Source: an uncultured bacterium (GTDB lineage: Bacteria > Fermentibacterota > Fermentibacteria > Fermentibacterales > JCC-6). Taken from it: a DNA stretch of 64,000 nt. Positions within the stretch are counted from its first letter, which is position 1, and the number at the start of each line of letters is the position of its first letter. The notes under the pieces are model-generated. The model did no database searches and was not told the DNA's origin. It was given only the letters and a program-made list of their open reading frames with translations. The stretch lies in NCBI GenBank assembly GCA_964607515.1, contig CAZSKU010000012.1, positions 1,058 to 65,057 on the forward strand. The letters run 5' to 3'. Below, piece by piece: positions 9,808 to 19,643 of the stretch. Position numbers and translations under genes: made by a program.

Positions 9808-10641
9808 ATGCAGATTCCCTCCATTCAGCAGATGCTGGAAGCCGGGGTTCACTTCGGCCACCAGGACAAACGCTGGAACCCCGCCATGAAGAACTACATC
9901 TTCATGTCCCGGAACGGCATACACATCATAGACCTCAAGAAGACCCAGAAGGCCCTGGAGGATGCGGTGAACCTGGTCTCCAGAACCGTAGCCCAGGGCA
10001 GGGACGTGCTCTTCGTGGCCACCAAGAAGCAGGGTCGGGAGTGCGTGGAGAGCCACGCCGAAAGGTGCGGCCAGTACTTCATGACCGAACGATGGCTCGG
10101 CGGAACCCTCACCAATTTCAAGACGGTCTTCCGCAGCATTCTCCGGCTGAATGAGCTTGAGAAAGAGGAGAAGGAGGGTTTCCCCCGGGGTCTCAAGAAG
10201 AGGGAGATTCTTCAGAAGACCCGTGAGCGGGAGAGGATCGAGAAGTACCTTCGGGGCATAAGGCACATGAAGGGTCTTCCGGGCGTTGTGATTGTGGTGG
10301 ACATCAAGAAGGAGGCCATCGCGGTACAGGAGGCCAGAAGGCTGGGCATTCCGTGCGTGGGCGTGGTGGACACCAACTGCGATCCCGGCGAGGTGGACTA
10401 CCCCATTCCCGGGAACGACGACGCGATCAAGTCCATCTCCCTGATCATCGGCGCCCTGTCGGACGCGGCCCTGCTGGGAGCCGAGGGCAGAAATCCCAGG
10501 GAGACCGGGGAGAAGCCGGAAACCGCCGCGGAAATGCCTGTTGAGGCAGCCGCCGGGAAGGTTGTTCCGGAAACCCGGACCGGGGAGCCGGCGCAGGAGC
10601 AGGCCCCTGTAACGGAACCGACCACCGAAGAGAAGGAATAG
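9808..10641 (+). CDS. rpsB: 30S ribosomal protein S2
   Basis: MLEAGVHFGHQDKRWNPAMKNYIFMSRNGIHIIDLKKT...TERWLGGTLTNFKT. The C-terminus is an acidic tail. Confidence 0.95.
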   Translation: MQIPSIQQMLEAGVHFGHQDKRWNPAMKNYIFMSRNGIHIIDLKKTQKALEDAVNLVSRTVAQGRDVLFVATKKQGRECVESHAERCGQYFMTERWLGGTLTNFKTVFRSILRLNELEKEEKEGFPRGLKKREILQKTRERERIEKYLRGIRHMKGLPGVVIVVDIKKEAIAVQEARRLGIPCVGVVDTNCDPGEVDYPIPGNDDAIKSISLIIGALSDAALLGAEGRNPRETGEKPETAAEMPVEAAAGKVVPETRTGEPAQEQAPVTEPTTEEKE

Positions 10642-10645
10642 CGTC

Positions 10646-11236
10646 ATGGATGTCAAAACGATACAGGAACTCCGCAAGGTTTCGGGCGTCGGAGTGATGG
10701 AGTGCAAGAAGGCCCTGCAGGCCACCGGCGGAAAGGTGGACGAGGCCCTCAAGCTCCTCCGTGAGCAGGGCATGCAGGTGGCCGCCAAGAAGGCCACCCG
10801 GGAGGCCAACGAGGGCCGCGTGGAATCCTACATCCATTTCAACGGGAAGATGGGCGTCCTGGTGGAGGTGAACTGCGAAACCGACTTCGTGGCCCGCACC
10901 GATGACTTCATGACCTTCTGCAAGGAACTGGCGGTGCACATCGGCGCAATGATGCCCGAGTACGTCTCCAGCGCCCACGTCCCGGCCGAGAGGCTGGAGG
11001 AGGAGAAGGGCATTCTCCTGAAGCAGCTCGAAGGTTCCGGGAAACCCCAGAACATCCTCGACAAGATAGTCGAGGGGAGGCTTGCCAAGTTCTACGGCGA
11101 GACCTGCCTTCTGGACCAGATCTGGTTCCACGACGAGACCCTCGGGACCGTTTCCGCGGTGCTGAACAGCCTTATCGGCCGGGTAGGCGAGAACATAGTC
11201 ATCAACCGCTTCTCCCGGTTCAACATAGGATCCTGA
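10646..11236 (+). CDS. tsf: elongation factor Ts (short form)
   Basis: ELRKVSGVGVMECKKALQATGGKVDEALKLLREQG UBA-like N-terminus, then a dimerisation core. Confidence 0.95.
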   Translation: MDVKTIQELRKVSGVGVMECKKALQATGGKVDEALKLLREQGMQVAAKKATREANEGRVESYIHFNGKMGVLVEVNCETDFVARTDDFMTFCKELAVHIGAMMPEYVSSAHVPAERLEEEKGILLKQLEGSGKPQNILDKIVEGRLAKFYGETCLLDQIWFHDETLGTVSAVLNSLIGRVGENIVINRFSRFNIGS

Positions 11237-11237
11237 C

Positions 11238-11957
11238 GTGGAGGAGGGCCCTCCCCACCGGGAACGGTTCCTGCTCAAGCTCAGCGGCGAAATCCTCGCC
11301 GGCGGCAGGGGACACGGAATAGATCCCGACACTGTGGTCCGCTTCGCCCGGGAACTGGCTGACCTGGCATCCCGGGGCTATCAGCCCGGAGTGGTGGCCG
11401 GGGGCGGCAACTTCCTCAGGGGCCGCGACACCACCGACACGACCCGCACCACCGCCGACTACATGGGCATGCTGGCGACGGTCATCAACTCCCTGGCCCT
11501 GTCCGACGCTGTGCTCCGGGCGGGAGGGAGGTCCACGGTGCTGGGCGCCTTCCCCTTTCCCGAGGCCGGTGTCGAGGTCTTCAGCCCCCGACGGGCGGAG
11601 CGGCTTTTCGAAGCCGGCGAAGTGGTGTTCTTCGCGGGTGGCACCGGCAACCCCCATCTCAGCACCGACACCGCGGCTGCTCTCAGGGCCGCCCAGACCC
11701 TTTGTTCCACCCTCTACAAGGGCACCAAGGTGGACGGAGTGTACGACCGCGACCCCAAAAAGCACCCCGGCGCCGTCCGGTTCGAGAGGTTGGGTTACCG
11801 GCAGGTCCTGGCCATGGACCTGGGCTTCATGGACGCCGCCGCCGTGGCAGTCTGCCGCGACGCGGGAATCAGAATCGCCGTTTTCGACCTGACCGGGCCC
11901 GGCAACCTCAGCAGCGTCCTCTCCGGCGGGCTTCCGGTCACGGTGGTGGAGGATTGA
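11238..11957 (+). CDS. pyrH: UMP kinase
   Basis: RFLLKLSGEIL...VVAGGGNFLRG...GTGNPHLSTDTAAALRAAQ...TKVDGVYDRDP. Confidence 0.95.
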   Translation: MEEGPPHRERFLLKLSGEILAGGRGHGIDPDTVVRFARELADLASRGYQPGVVAGGGNFLRGRDTTDTTRTTADYMGMLATVINSLALSDAVLRAGGRSTVLGAFPFPEAGVEVFSPRRAERLFEAGEVVFFAGGTGNPHLSTDTAAALRAAQTLCSTLYKGTKVDGVYDRDPKKHPGAVRFERLGYRQVLAMDLGFMDAAAVAVCRDAGIRIAVFDLTGPGNLSSVLSGGLPVTVVED

Positions 11958-11959
11958 TC

Positions 11960-12517
11960 ATGCAGGAGCAGATACTTTCAGAGGTCCGCGAGAAATCGTC
12001 GAAAACCGTGCAGAACACCTCCAGGGAGATGTCGGTGATCCGTACGGGCAAGGCCAGCCCCGCCCTGCTGGACAACATCCGGGTGGAGTGCTGGGGCGAC
12101 AGCCTGCCCATCAGGCAGGTGGCCGGCATCAGCGCTCCTGAACCTCGGATGATAGTGATCCAGCCGTGGGACCAGTCCACCGCGCCGGCCATCGCCAGGG
12201 CCGTGGAGGCAAGCGAACTGGGCCTCCGGGCCACCGTGGACGGGCCGGTCATCAGGATACCCGTGCCGAAGCTCTCCGAAGAGCGCCGCAGAGACCTGAC
12301 CAAACTGGTGAAGAAACTGGCCGAGGATGGGAAAACCGCCCTCAGGAATGTCCGCCGGGACGCCAACGACCAGTTGAAGAAGGCGTGCAAGGCCGGGGAG
12401 ATCACTGAGGACACCGAGAAGAAAACCCAGGACCTGGTCCAGAAGGCGGTGGACGAAGCCACGGCGGAGATAGACCGGCTTCTCAAGGCCAAGGAGAAGG
12501 AAATCCTGGAGGTCTGA
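11960..12517 (+). CDS. frr: ribosome recycling factor
   Basis: LSEVREKSSKTVQNTSREMSVIRTGKASPALLDNIRVECWGDSLPIRQVAGISAPEPRMIVIQPWD. Confidence 0.95.
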   Translation: MQEQILSEVREKSSKTVQNTSREMSVIRTGKASPALLDNIRVECWGDSLPIRQVAGISAPEPRMIVIQPWDQSTAPAIARAVEASELGLRATVDGPVIRIPVPKLSEERRRDLTKLVKKLAEDGKTALRNVRRDANDQLKKACKAGEITEDTEKKTQDLVQKAVDEATAEIDRLLKAKEKEILEV

Positions 12518-13221
12518 TGCCCGTTCCCCGCCATGTGGCCATAATCATGGACGGAAACGGCCGGTGGGCCAGAAAACGGGGGCTTCCCCGGACCGACGGC
12601 CATGCAGCCGCCGAGAGGGCTATTCACACCGCGGTGGAGTTCTGCGGCGAGACCGGAATCGAGTTTCTCACCCTCTACGCGTTCTCCACGGAAAACTGGA
12701 GCAGACCCAGGCTGGAGGTCGCCTTCCTGATGAGGCTTCTTTCCAGTTTCATCTCCAGGAACATCGACGAGCTGGACCGGAAGAGGGTCAGGCTCCGGGT
12801 TACCGGCCGGTTCGGCGACCTTCCGAAGAAGCAGCGGGATGACCTCACCGCAGCCATGAAAAGAACCTCGGACAACCCCGGGCTGACCCTGGTTCTGGCC
12901 CTGAGTTACGGAGGAAGGGCGGAGATCCGTGACGCCGTAGCTGACCTGGCGGCACGGGTAGCCCGGGGGGAGCTTTCCCCCGGGGACATCACCGAGGAAA
13001 CCATCGGTTCTCTGCTCTACAACCCGGACATTCCGGACCCCGACCTGATCATTCGAACCTCAGGGGAACAGCGGCTCAGCAACTTCCTGCTCTGGCAGTC
13101 GGCCTACAGCGAGCTGTATTTCACACCGGTTCTCTGGCCGGACTTCCGCAGGGAGCACTTCCAGTCGGCCCTCGACGACTACTCCCAGAGGGGCCGGCGC
13201 TACGGCGGGCTGACCAGTTGA
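12517..13221 (+). CDS. uppS: undecaprenyl diphosphate synthase
   Basis: PRHVAIIMDGNGRWARKRGLPRTDGH...FSTENWSRP...RTSGEQRLSNFLLWQSAYSELYF. Confidence 0.95.
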   Translation: MPVPRHVAIIMDGNGRWARKRGLPRTDGHAAAERAIHTAVEFCGETGIEFLTLYAFSTENWSRPRLEVAFLMRLLSSFISRNIDELDRKRVRLRVTGRFGDLPKKQRDDLTAAMKRTSDNPGLTLVLALSYGGRAEIRDAVADLAARVARGELSPGDITEETIGSLLYNPDIPDPDLIIRTSGEQRLSNFLLWQSAYSELYFTPVLWPDFRREHFQSALDDYSQRGRRYGGLTS

Positions 13222-14021
13222 GCCGTTTCCCGGGGCTCGGCGGCAGGCTTCTCGTGGCCATACCCGGAATCGCGATTTTCCTCTGGGTGGTCCTCTTCAC
13301 CGGCGATACACTGACTCTCGCGTTGTTTTCGCTTCTCTCGGGCCTTGCCGGATACGAGGCGGCCCGGTTGTGCCGCACTTCTCCGCCCGCATACCAGGGC
13401 CCGGCACTGGGCATTTCGTCAGCGCTGCTCACATGGCTCGTGGGTGCCGGTTCCCCTCTGGCCCTTCCCGTGATTCTGCTTCCCGGGGCGGTGTTGATTC
13501 CCGGGCGGCTTTTTCGAAGGGGTCCGGAGGATTTCCGGCGGGAGCCCATGGGAGCGCTGGGTCTCGCGGTCTTCTACGCCCTGGGTTTCGGGATTCTCGG
13601 CAGACTGGCCGTGGGACGGGAAGACAGGATCTTCGTTCTGCTGCCCCTGGTCACCTGCTGGGTCGGCGATACCCTGGCCTACCTGGCGGGATGCCGGTGG
13701 GGCCGCCACAAGATGCTTCCCAGGGTCAGCCCGGCGAAGTCATGGGAAGGATTCGCCGCAGGGGTTGCAGGCTCCGGTCTGGCGGCTGCGGCTCTGGGCT
13801 GGGGGCGCCATCCGGTGGTCCTGTTTGCCGGCATAGGGGTGGTCTGCGGTGTGACCGGGGTCCTGGGGGACCTGTTCGAGAGCGCGGTGAAACGGGATGC
13901 CGGGTTGAAGGATTCGGGCGCCCTGCTGGGGAGCCACGGCGGAGTGATGGACCGCTTCGACAGCGTGGCCGCGGCGGCGCCTGCGGCGGCAGCCCTTCTG
14001 ACGCTCCTCGGGATGCCGTGA
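13218..14021 (+). CDS. cdsA: phosphatidate cytidylyltransferase
   Basis: Polytopic membrane protein with the CdsA C-terminal signature WKSWEGFAAG...GDLFESAVKRDAGLKDSGALLGSHGGVMDRFDS. Confidence 0.85.
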   Translation: MSRFPGLGGRLLVAIPGIAIFLWVVLFTGDTLTLALFSLLSGLAGYEAARLCRTSPPAYQGPALGISSALLTWLVGAGSPLALPVILLPGAVLIPGRLFRRGPEDFRREPMGALGLAVFYALGFGILGRLAVGREDRIFVLLPLVTCWVGDTLAYLAGCRWGRHKMLPRVSPAKSWEGFAAGVAGSGLAAAALGWGRHPVVLFAGIGVVCGVTGVLGDLFESAVKRDAGLKDSGALLGSHGGVMDRFDSVAAAAPAAAALLTLLGMP

Positions 14022-14022
14022 C

Positions 14023-15135
14023 ATGGGGCGCCGGGTGGCGGTTCTGGGATCCACCGGATCCATAGGGGTTCAGGCCCTGAGGGTGATCAAGGATAGTCCT
14101 TCCCTCGAACTGCATTCGGTTTTCTGCGGATCGTCCGCCGAAGCGCTGGCCGACCAGGTCAGACGGTACCGGCCGGAACTGGCGGGCATCGCCACCCCCC
14201 CCGGGGGAACCCCTCCCGAGGGGGTGTGTTCGGGTCCCGGATGCCTCCGAAGGATGATTGAAGGCGCCGACATGGTGCTCAACGCCATCGTGGGCAGCGC
14301 CGGCCTGGAAGCCAGCCTGGCCGCCCGGGAGATGGGAATCCCCCTGGCGCTGGCCAACAAGGAGAGCCTGGTCGTCGGGGGCGACCTGTTGACGGATTAT
14401 CTGGAGAAGGGTCTGGTGATCCCCGTGGACAGCGAGCACAGCACGGTTTTCCGCTGCCTCTCGGGGGAAGCCCGGCCTCCGCTGAGAATTCTTCTCACCG
14501 CCAGCGGCGGAGCCCTCAGGGACACACCCCTGGAGGAGGTTCACAGGGCTACCGTGGAAAAGGTGCTGGCTCACCCCAACTGGCACATGGGGCCCAGGAT
14601 AACCGTTGACTCGGCATCCATGGTGAACAAGGCCTTCGAGGTGATCGAGGCCCGGAGGCTCTTTCCCGGAATTCCGGTAGGAGTGGTGGTGCATCCGGAG
14701 AGCATCGTGCACTCCATGGTGGAGACCGCCGACGGGGCCTGGAAGGGGCTCATGGGGCTGCCGGACATGAGGGTTCCCATATCGTTCGCACTCCACTGGC
14801 CCGATCTTTCCGCAGCGGCCCCGGATACCGGGGAGTCCCCGGTGGATTGGGGAACCCTGAGTTTCAGGGAGCTGGACGAGCGCCGTTATCCCGCCTTCAC
14901 CGCAGTCCTTGAGGCCTTCCGGGCCGGAGGGACGGCCCCGGCGGCGGCCAACGCCGCGGACGAGGAGGCGGTGGAAGCCTTTCTCTCCGGAAGGATTCCC
15001 TTCGGAGCCATAGCCCTGGTGATCGCCGGGGTGGTCAGTGAACACCGCCCCCGGCCGGTAACGGACCTGGAGACAATCCTCGAGGCGGACGCCGGAGCCA
15101 GGGCGGCGGCCCGGCGCATGATGGAGGTCCTGTGA
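14023..15135 (+). CDS. dxr: 1-deoxy-D-xylulose 5-phosphate reductoisomerase
   Basis: VAVLGSTGSIGVQAL...LANKESLVVGG...PVDSEHS...NWHMGPRITVDSASMVNKAFEVIEA. Confidence 0.9.
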   Translation: MGRRVAVLGSTGSIGVQALRVIKDSPSLELHSVFCGSSAEALADQVRRYRPELAGIATPPGGTPPEGVCSGPGCLRRMIEGADMVLNAIVGSAGLEASLAAREMGIPLALANKESLVVGGDLLTDYLEKGLVIPVDSEHSTVFRCLSGEARPPLRILLTASGGALRDTPLEEVHRATVEKVLAHPNWHMGPRITVDSASMVNKAFEVIEARRLFPGIPVGVVVHPESIVHSMVETADGAWKGLMGLPDMRVPISFALHWPDLSAAAPDTGESPVDWGTLSFRELDERRYPAFTAVLEAFRAGGTAPAAANAADEEAVEAFLSGRIPFGAIALVIAGVVSEHRPRPVTDLETILEADAGARAAARRMMEVL

Positions 15136-16382
15136 ACAGCGCGCTGGCGGTGGTTTTCGGCCTTGGGATCATCGTGTTTTTTCACGAACTCGGCCATTTC
15201 CTCATGGCCAAAGCCGTGGGCCTTCCCGTGGAGAGATTCTCCATGGGGTTCCCTCCGATCCTGTTCAGACTGAAGCGGGGCGGGACGGAGTACTGCATCG
15301 GAGCCGTTCCCCTGGGGGGATTCGTGAAGGTTGACCTGGGCACCTCCGGAAACCACGGTGAGGCGCCGGTCAAGGTGGCGTGGTGGAAGAGGGCCCTCGT
15401 GGTGCTTGCGGGACCGGGGATGAACCTCGTTCTTGCTTTCCTTCTTATTCTTCTGGTCCTCGGCGCCATCGGAACCCGGGTCCCCGACTCGGACCCGCTG
15501 GTGGACGACCCATACGGTGTGCCCGGTCTTCTCCGGGGCGACAGGATCGTCGCGGTGAACGACCTGCCCGTGGAGAGCTGGGAGCAGGTCTTTGAGGAGA
15601 CGCTCCGCGCCCCCGGGGGATTCTTTACGGTGGCAAGGGAAGGTTCGACAGAGCTGGAGGTTCCCTACTCCCTCACTCCCGAGTCAGCCCCGGGATTCAC
15701 CCCGCTTCTGCCCACGGTGATAGGGGAGGCCTCGGTGGGTCTTCCCGCCTACGAGGCCGGGCTAAGAACCGGAGACAGCATCATCTCCGCCGGGGGGGTA
15801 CCCCTGTCGGCTTTCAGCGACCTGCAGGCCAGGGTGGCAGGGTTCCAGGGAAGGTATCTGGAGGTGGTCTTCTCCAGGGGCGGCGCCATAGACACGATTT
15901 TCGTGGAACCCATTGACTACCAGGGCAGGAATCTGATCGGGGTCACGCCCCTCACCCGAACCCGCACCGTCACCCTGCCCCCGGGAAGGGCCCTGGCGGT
16001 GGCCGCCGCCGCGACGGCGGAAGGTGCAGGGGCCTTTTTCACGGGAATCCTGGCCCTTATCCTGAGGCCGGTTCAGCTGGTGCGCATGTCCGGCGGTCCT
16101 GTGTTCGTGGCGGAAACCCTGGGCCAGCAGGCCGCCTTCGGGCTGGCCAGGCTTCTGGAGACGGTCTCCTACCTGTCTCTGGCGATCATGGGGTTCAATC
16201 TTCTGCCGGTTCCCCTGCTGGACGGGGGGCAGTTCCTTATCCTGTTCTACGAGGGTGTCAGGGGAAGGCCCGCGTCGAAAAAACACATCCAGATCGCCCA
16301 GCAGGTGGGTTTCTTTCTGCTGCTTTTGCTTTTCGTGGCGGTGATCTGGCGGGACGTGGCCAGGGTGGTCACCAGGGTCTGA
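15132..16382 (+). CDS. rseP: RIP site-2 metalloprotease RseP (M50)
   Basis: HELGHFLMAKAVGLPVERFSMGFPP, a PDZ region, and the second metal-binding motif LAIMGFNLLPVPLLDGG. Confidence 0.9.
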   Translation: MNSALAVVFGLGIIVFFHELGHFLMAKAVGLPVERFSMGFPPILFRLKRGGTEYCIGAVPLGGFVKVDLGTSGNHGEAPVKVAWWKRALVVLAGPGMNLVLAFLLILLVLGAIGTRVPDSDPLVDDPYGVPGLLRGDRIVAVNDLPVESWEQVFEETLRAPGGFFTVAREGSTELEVPYSLTPESAPGFTPLLPTVIGEASVGLPAYEAGLRTGDSIISAGGVPLSAFSDLQARVAGFQGRYLEVVFSRGGAIDTIFVEPIDYQGRNLIGVTPLTRTRTVTLPPGRALAVAAAATAEGAGAFFTGILALILRPVQLVRMSGGPVFVAETLGQQAAFGLARLLETVSYLSLAIMGFNLLPVPLLDGGQFLILFYEGVRGRPASKKHIQIAQQVGFFLLLLLFVAVIWRDVARVVTRV

Positions 16383-16396
16383 CCGACCCGCGCGTG

Positions 16397-16744
16397 TCAG
16401 ATTCTTCCGCCGGGGGTGGCCGGAGGTTCCAGGGGGCTCTCCCCGAAGGGTGATTCCAGGAGAAGCAGCGTGTCCGAGGCGGCCCGGTAGAACAGGGTCC
16501 AGGCGGCCGGGTTGTGCCTTCCAAGCTCGGCCACCGCCCTGCCCAGGGAATCGGAGGGAGCCTCCCTGCGCAGGGGATGGCCCGGGGGAAAGGCTAGGTA
16601 CCTGGCCACCGCCCCGCCGGCATCCCTGAGCCGATCTCTCTGGTCGGGGGTCAGATCACCGCCGGACCCAGGGGAACCGCCGCATCCGGAGACGGCTATG
16701 ATCAAGGCGCCCAGGGCCGACAGCACGATTGTTGCAGCTTTCAT
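16397..16744 (-). CDS. small hypothetical lipoprotein
   Basis: Internal start MKAATIVLSALGALIIAVSGCGG gives a signal peptide with a lipobox (VSGC). The ORF-track start further upstream would lack any signal sequence. Confidence 0.4.
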   Translation of the reverse strand: MKAATIVLSALGALIIAVSGCGGSPGSGGDLTPDQRDRLRDAGGAVARYLAFPPGHPLRREAPSDSLGRAVAELGRHNPAAWTLFYRAASDTLLLLESPFGESPLEPPATPGGRI

Positions 16745-16796
16745 TCCGCCGCCACTATAGTTGTTTGTCGCGGCATTCACAATGAAGGGGGCCCTA

Positions 16797-19643
16797 ATGG
16801 CATCGAGGTTCCTGTTCGCCTTCGCGGTCGTCTTTTCGGTATCGGCTGCATCGGCAACCGGATACGGAAGGAACCGGGTGTACACCGGCGATAATCCCTG
16901 GTGGGAGCTTCATTCCAGCCGGTTCACCGTCTATTACGAAGAGGGCAACGAACAGGTTGCGGAGAGTACGGTGGTGATCGCCGAGAGAGCCATGCAGGGC
17001 CTGTCGTCCACCTTCGAGTACCTTCCTTCCCAGCCGATACCTGTGGTGGTCTATCGCTCCCCCGGCAGGTTCCGCCAGACAACCATCATCAGCGGGGAGG
17101 TCGGCGAGGGGGTCGGCGGTTTCACAGAGTTCTTCAAGGGCCGGGTGGTTGTTCCCTACGGCGGGGTCTTCAGCGAGTACCGCCACGTGCTGGAGCACGA
17201 AGTGAACCACGCCTTCGTCTACGACATGCTCTACGACAGAAGTCTGTATGGAATAGTCCGCACGAAGGCCCCCCTGTGGTCCCTGGAGGGGCTGGCCGAG
17301 TACACCTCCCAGGGGTGGGACATAGACAGCGAGTCGGAATTCCGGGACATGGTAATCGCCAACATGATCGTACCCATCCCGCAACTGTCCGCCCGGGGCG
17401 ACTACCTGGTGTACCGGGAGGGCCAGGCCGTCTATCACTTCATGGTGCAGCGATACGGCGAGGCCCGGTACATAACCTTCGTCCGGCACCTCAGGGACAA
17501 CGAGGGGCTCTCCGCGGCGATCAGGGAAGCATTCGACATGACCGTGGACCAGTTTAGCGAGAGGTTCATGGAGTGGGCCAGGGAAACCTACTGGGCCCCT
17601 GTGTCCACGGGCGAGAGCCCGTCGGACATAGGGTCCCCGGTGATTCTCGACGGACGGAACGGCAGGAAGAGGGTTGTTCTGGCGGAACCGGTCATCTCTC
17701 CCGACGGTTCCATGGCCGCCGGAGTGGAGGTGCACCGGGGAAGGTTCTCCACGGTGGTGCGTGACGCCGGCGACGGCCGGGAGATACTCCGGCCGCTCTC
17801 CGGAGGCGGACTGGTGGAATACAGCCCGTCGCCTATGTTCAGGACCGTCGCCTTCTCCCCCGGGTCCGACTCCCTGGCGGTGGCATACCAGGGGTTGTTC
17901 TCCGACGGACTGATGGTTCTGAAGATCGGCGGCGGATCCAGAAGGCTTTCCCGGGACTTCGAGCTGGTCAGGGACCCGGTGTGGAACCCCTCCGGGGGAG
18001 CGGTGGCTTTCAGCGCCCTGAATGAAGGCGTTCTGGACATCTTCCTGTGGGAGCCCGCAACCGGCCGTCTGGAGAAACTCACCCGGGGCGACAGCAGCCC
18101 CAGGGACCTCTGGTGGGGCGACCCGGGAATCCTGTTCGTGGGCGAAAGGCAAAACGGCCGGATCTACACCCTGAACTCCGTCACTCCCGGGAGCGATTCC
18201 GAGATCCTTTACGAAACCCCCTACCCGATCCAGAACCCGGTGTCCTATCCGGAGGGCGTGGTCTTCATCATGGATACCGGCTGCGGCGCCAACTTCCACC
18301 TGCTTTCCTCCGAGACCGGGGAGGTCGCCAGACTCACCGACCTCTACCGCACCCCATCTTCCCTCTCCAGGGCCTCCGGAACGGCGCTGTCACTCTTCTC
18401 GGCTTCGGACTGGAGCGGCGCCGGGCTTTTCATCACCAGGGACCTGTCCCTGCGGGAAGGCCGGTCCACGGAGTGCCCACGGGAGGGTGTGGAACCGGAT
18501 TCCTCCTACGCCCCGGTTCCCGGATTCAACCCGGAATGGCGCATATCTCCGTACGATCCGGCTCTGAGCATAGACTACGTGAGCGCTTCGGCGGGATTCG
18601 ACAGTTACGCCGGGCTGGCGGGCTACTCTCAGTTCATCTTCAGCGACGTCCTCGCAAGGCATCAGCTGGCACTTCTGATGGACCTCAACGGAGAGGTGAG
18701 CGACGTGGACGCTGGGGTTTTCTACTCCAACATCGAAAAGCCCGTCCAGTTCGGGGTTTCCCTGTATCGGCAGGCCAACAGGTACCGCTTCACCGACACC
18801 GTGACCGGCGACCGGGACTACGTAAGGGACACTGAGATAGGGGCGGGTTTGGAGTTCAGGTATCCCTTCACCAGGTCCCTGAGGGCTTCCCTGGGGACGT
18901 CCTACCGCCGGCTTGACCGGGAGGGTCTCTGGTCCACCGACATCAACCTTCGGGAGAACATCTTCAGCATCACCGGCCGGATGGTGAAGGACAACGCCCT
19001 GTGGGGTTCCACCGGACCCAGGGTGGGAAGCCGGCTGTCGCTTACCGCGGACTGGGCCCCGGGGCTTGGGGACAACGCCTCGTACACAACCCTGCAGGCG
19101 GATATGAGGAACTACACGTGGATATCCGGGCAGGTCACCCTGGCCACCAGACTCGCGGCGGGCGCCAGTTTCGGGGACGACCCCCAGAGGTTTTTCCTCG
19201 GGGGAGCGATTCCCCACAGGAGAAGCACCGGCGACGTTGAGGGGGTCGAGGACCTGTTCGGCTTCTACACCAGCTACGCCGACCTTCTCCGGGGCTTCGA
19301 CTACGTGGAGTTCAACGGTTCGAAGTACGCCCTGGGCTCCCTGGAACTCCGATTCCCGGTGGTCAATCAGCTCAGTCTCGCGGCTCCCCTGCCGGTCACC
19401 CTCACCGGTGGCCGGGGGGTGATCTTCACCGACATCGGAACCGCCGTGGACGACGTGAATGATTTCCGGGGCGCCTCCACCGGAGGCGGATACAGGCTGG
19501 AGGATCTCAAGATGGGGTTCGGCTTCGGGCTCAGGTTCAATCTCAGCTTCTTCGTCTTCCTGTGGGATTGCGCCTGGAGAACCGATCTGAACGGTGTCAG
19601 TGCCAAACCCGAGCACTACGTGACCCTCGGAGCCGAGTTCTGA
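16797..19643 (+). CDS. Omp85-family outer-membrane protein with N-terminal gluzincin-like (peptidase MA-type) domain and PD40 beta-propeller instead of POTRA repeats
   Basis: A signal peptide (MASRFLFAFAVVFSVSAASA) is followed by HEVNH (HExxH) and an EGLAEY third-ligand-like motif about 35 aa downstream. PD40-like blades follow (ISPDGSMAA, AFSPGSDSLAV, WNPSGGAVAFSA). The C-terminal roughly 330 aa is Omp85/BamA-like and ends ...RTDLNGVSAKPEHYVTLGAEF with a C-terminal Phe. It sits directly after rseP, where bamA normally lies. Confidence 0.8.
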   Translation: MASRFLFAFAVVFSVSAASATGYGRNRVYTGDNPWWELHSSRFTVYYEEGNEQVAESTVVIAERAMQGLSSTFEYLPSQPIPVVVYRSPGRFRQTTIISGEVGEGVGGFTEFFKGRVVVPYGGVFSEYRHVLEHEVNHAFVYDMLYDRSLYGIVRTKAPLWSLEGLAEYTSQGWDIDSESEFRDMVIANMIVPIPQLSARGDYLVYREGQAVYHFMVQRYGEARYITFVRHLRDNEGLSAAIREAFDMTVDQFSERFMEWARETYWAPVSTGESPSDIGSPVILDGRNGRKRVVLAEPVISPDGSMAAGVEVHRGRFSTVVRDAGDGREILRPLSGGGLVEYSPSPMFRTVAFSPGSDSLAVAYQGLFSDGLMVLKIGGGSRRLSRDFELVRDPVWNPSGGAVAFSALNEGVLDIFLWEPATGRLEKLTRGDSSPRDLWWGDPGILFVGERQNGRIYTLNSVTPGSDSEILYETPYPIQNPVSYPEGVVFIMDTGCGANFHLLSSETGEVARLTDLYRTPSSLSRASGTALSLFSASDWSGAGLFITRDLSLREGRSTECPREGVEPDSSYAPVPGFNPEWRISPYDPALSIDYVSASAGFDSYAGLAGYSQFIFSDVLARHQLALLMDLNGEVSDVDAGVFYSNIEKPVQFGVSLYRQANRYRFTDTVTGDRDYVRDTEIGAGLEFRYPFTRSLRASLGTSYRRLDREGLWSTDINLRENIFSITGRMVKDNALWGSTGPRVGSRLSLTADWAPGLGDNASYTTLQADMRNYTWISGQVTLATRLAAGASFGDDPQRFFLGGAIPHRRSTGDVEGVEDLFGFYTSYADLLRGFDYVEFNGSKYALGSLELRFPVVNQLSLAAPLPVTLTGGRGVIFTDIGTAVDDVNDFRGASTGGGYRLEDLKMGFGFGLRFNLSFFVFLWDCAWRTDLNGVSAKPEHYVTLGAEF

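Noticed and set aside
9451-10809. 452-aa minus-strand ORF
   Set aside because: It is antisense to rpsB and tsf. The sense strand encodes universally conserved proteins.
13726-15045. 439-aa minus-strand ORF
   Set aside because: It is antisense to cdsA and dxr.
16794-18299. 501-aa minus-strand ORF
   Set aside because: It is antisense to the Omp85-family gene, whose sense frame has a clear signal peptide, HExxH and barrel motifs.
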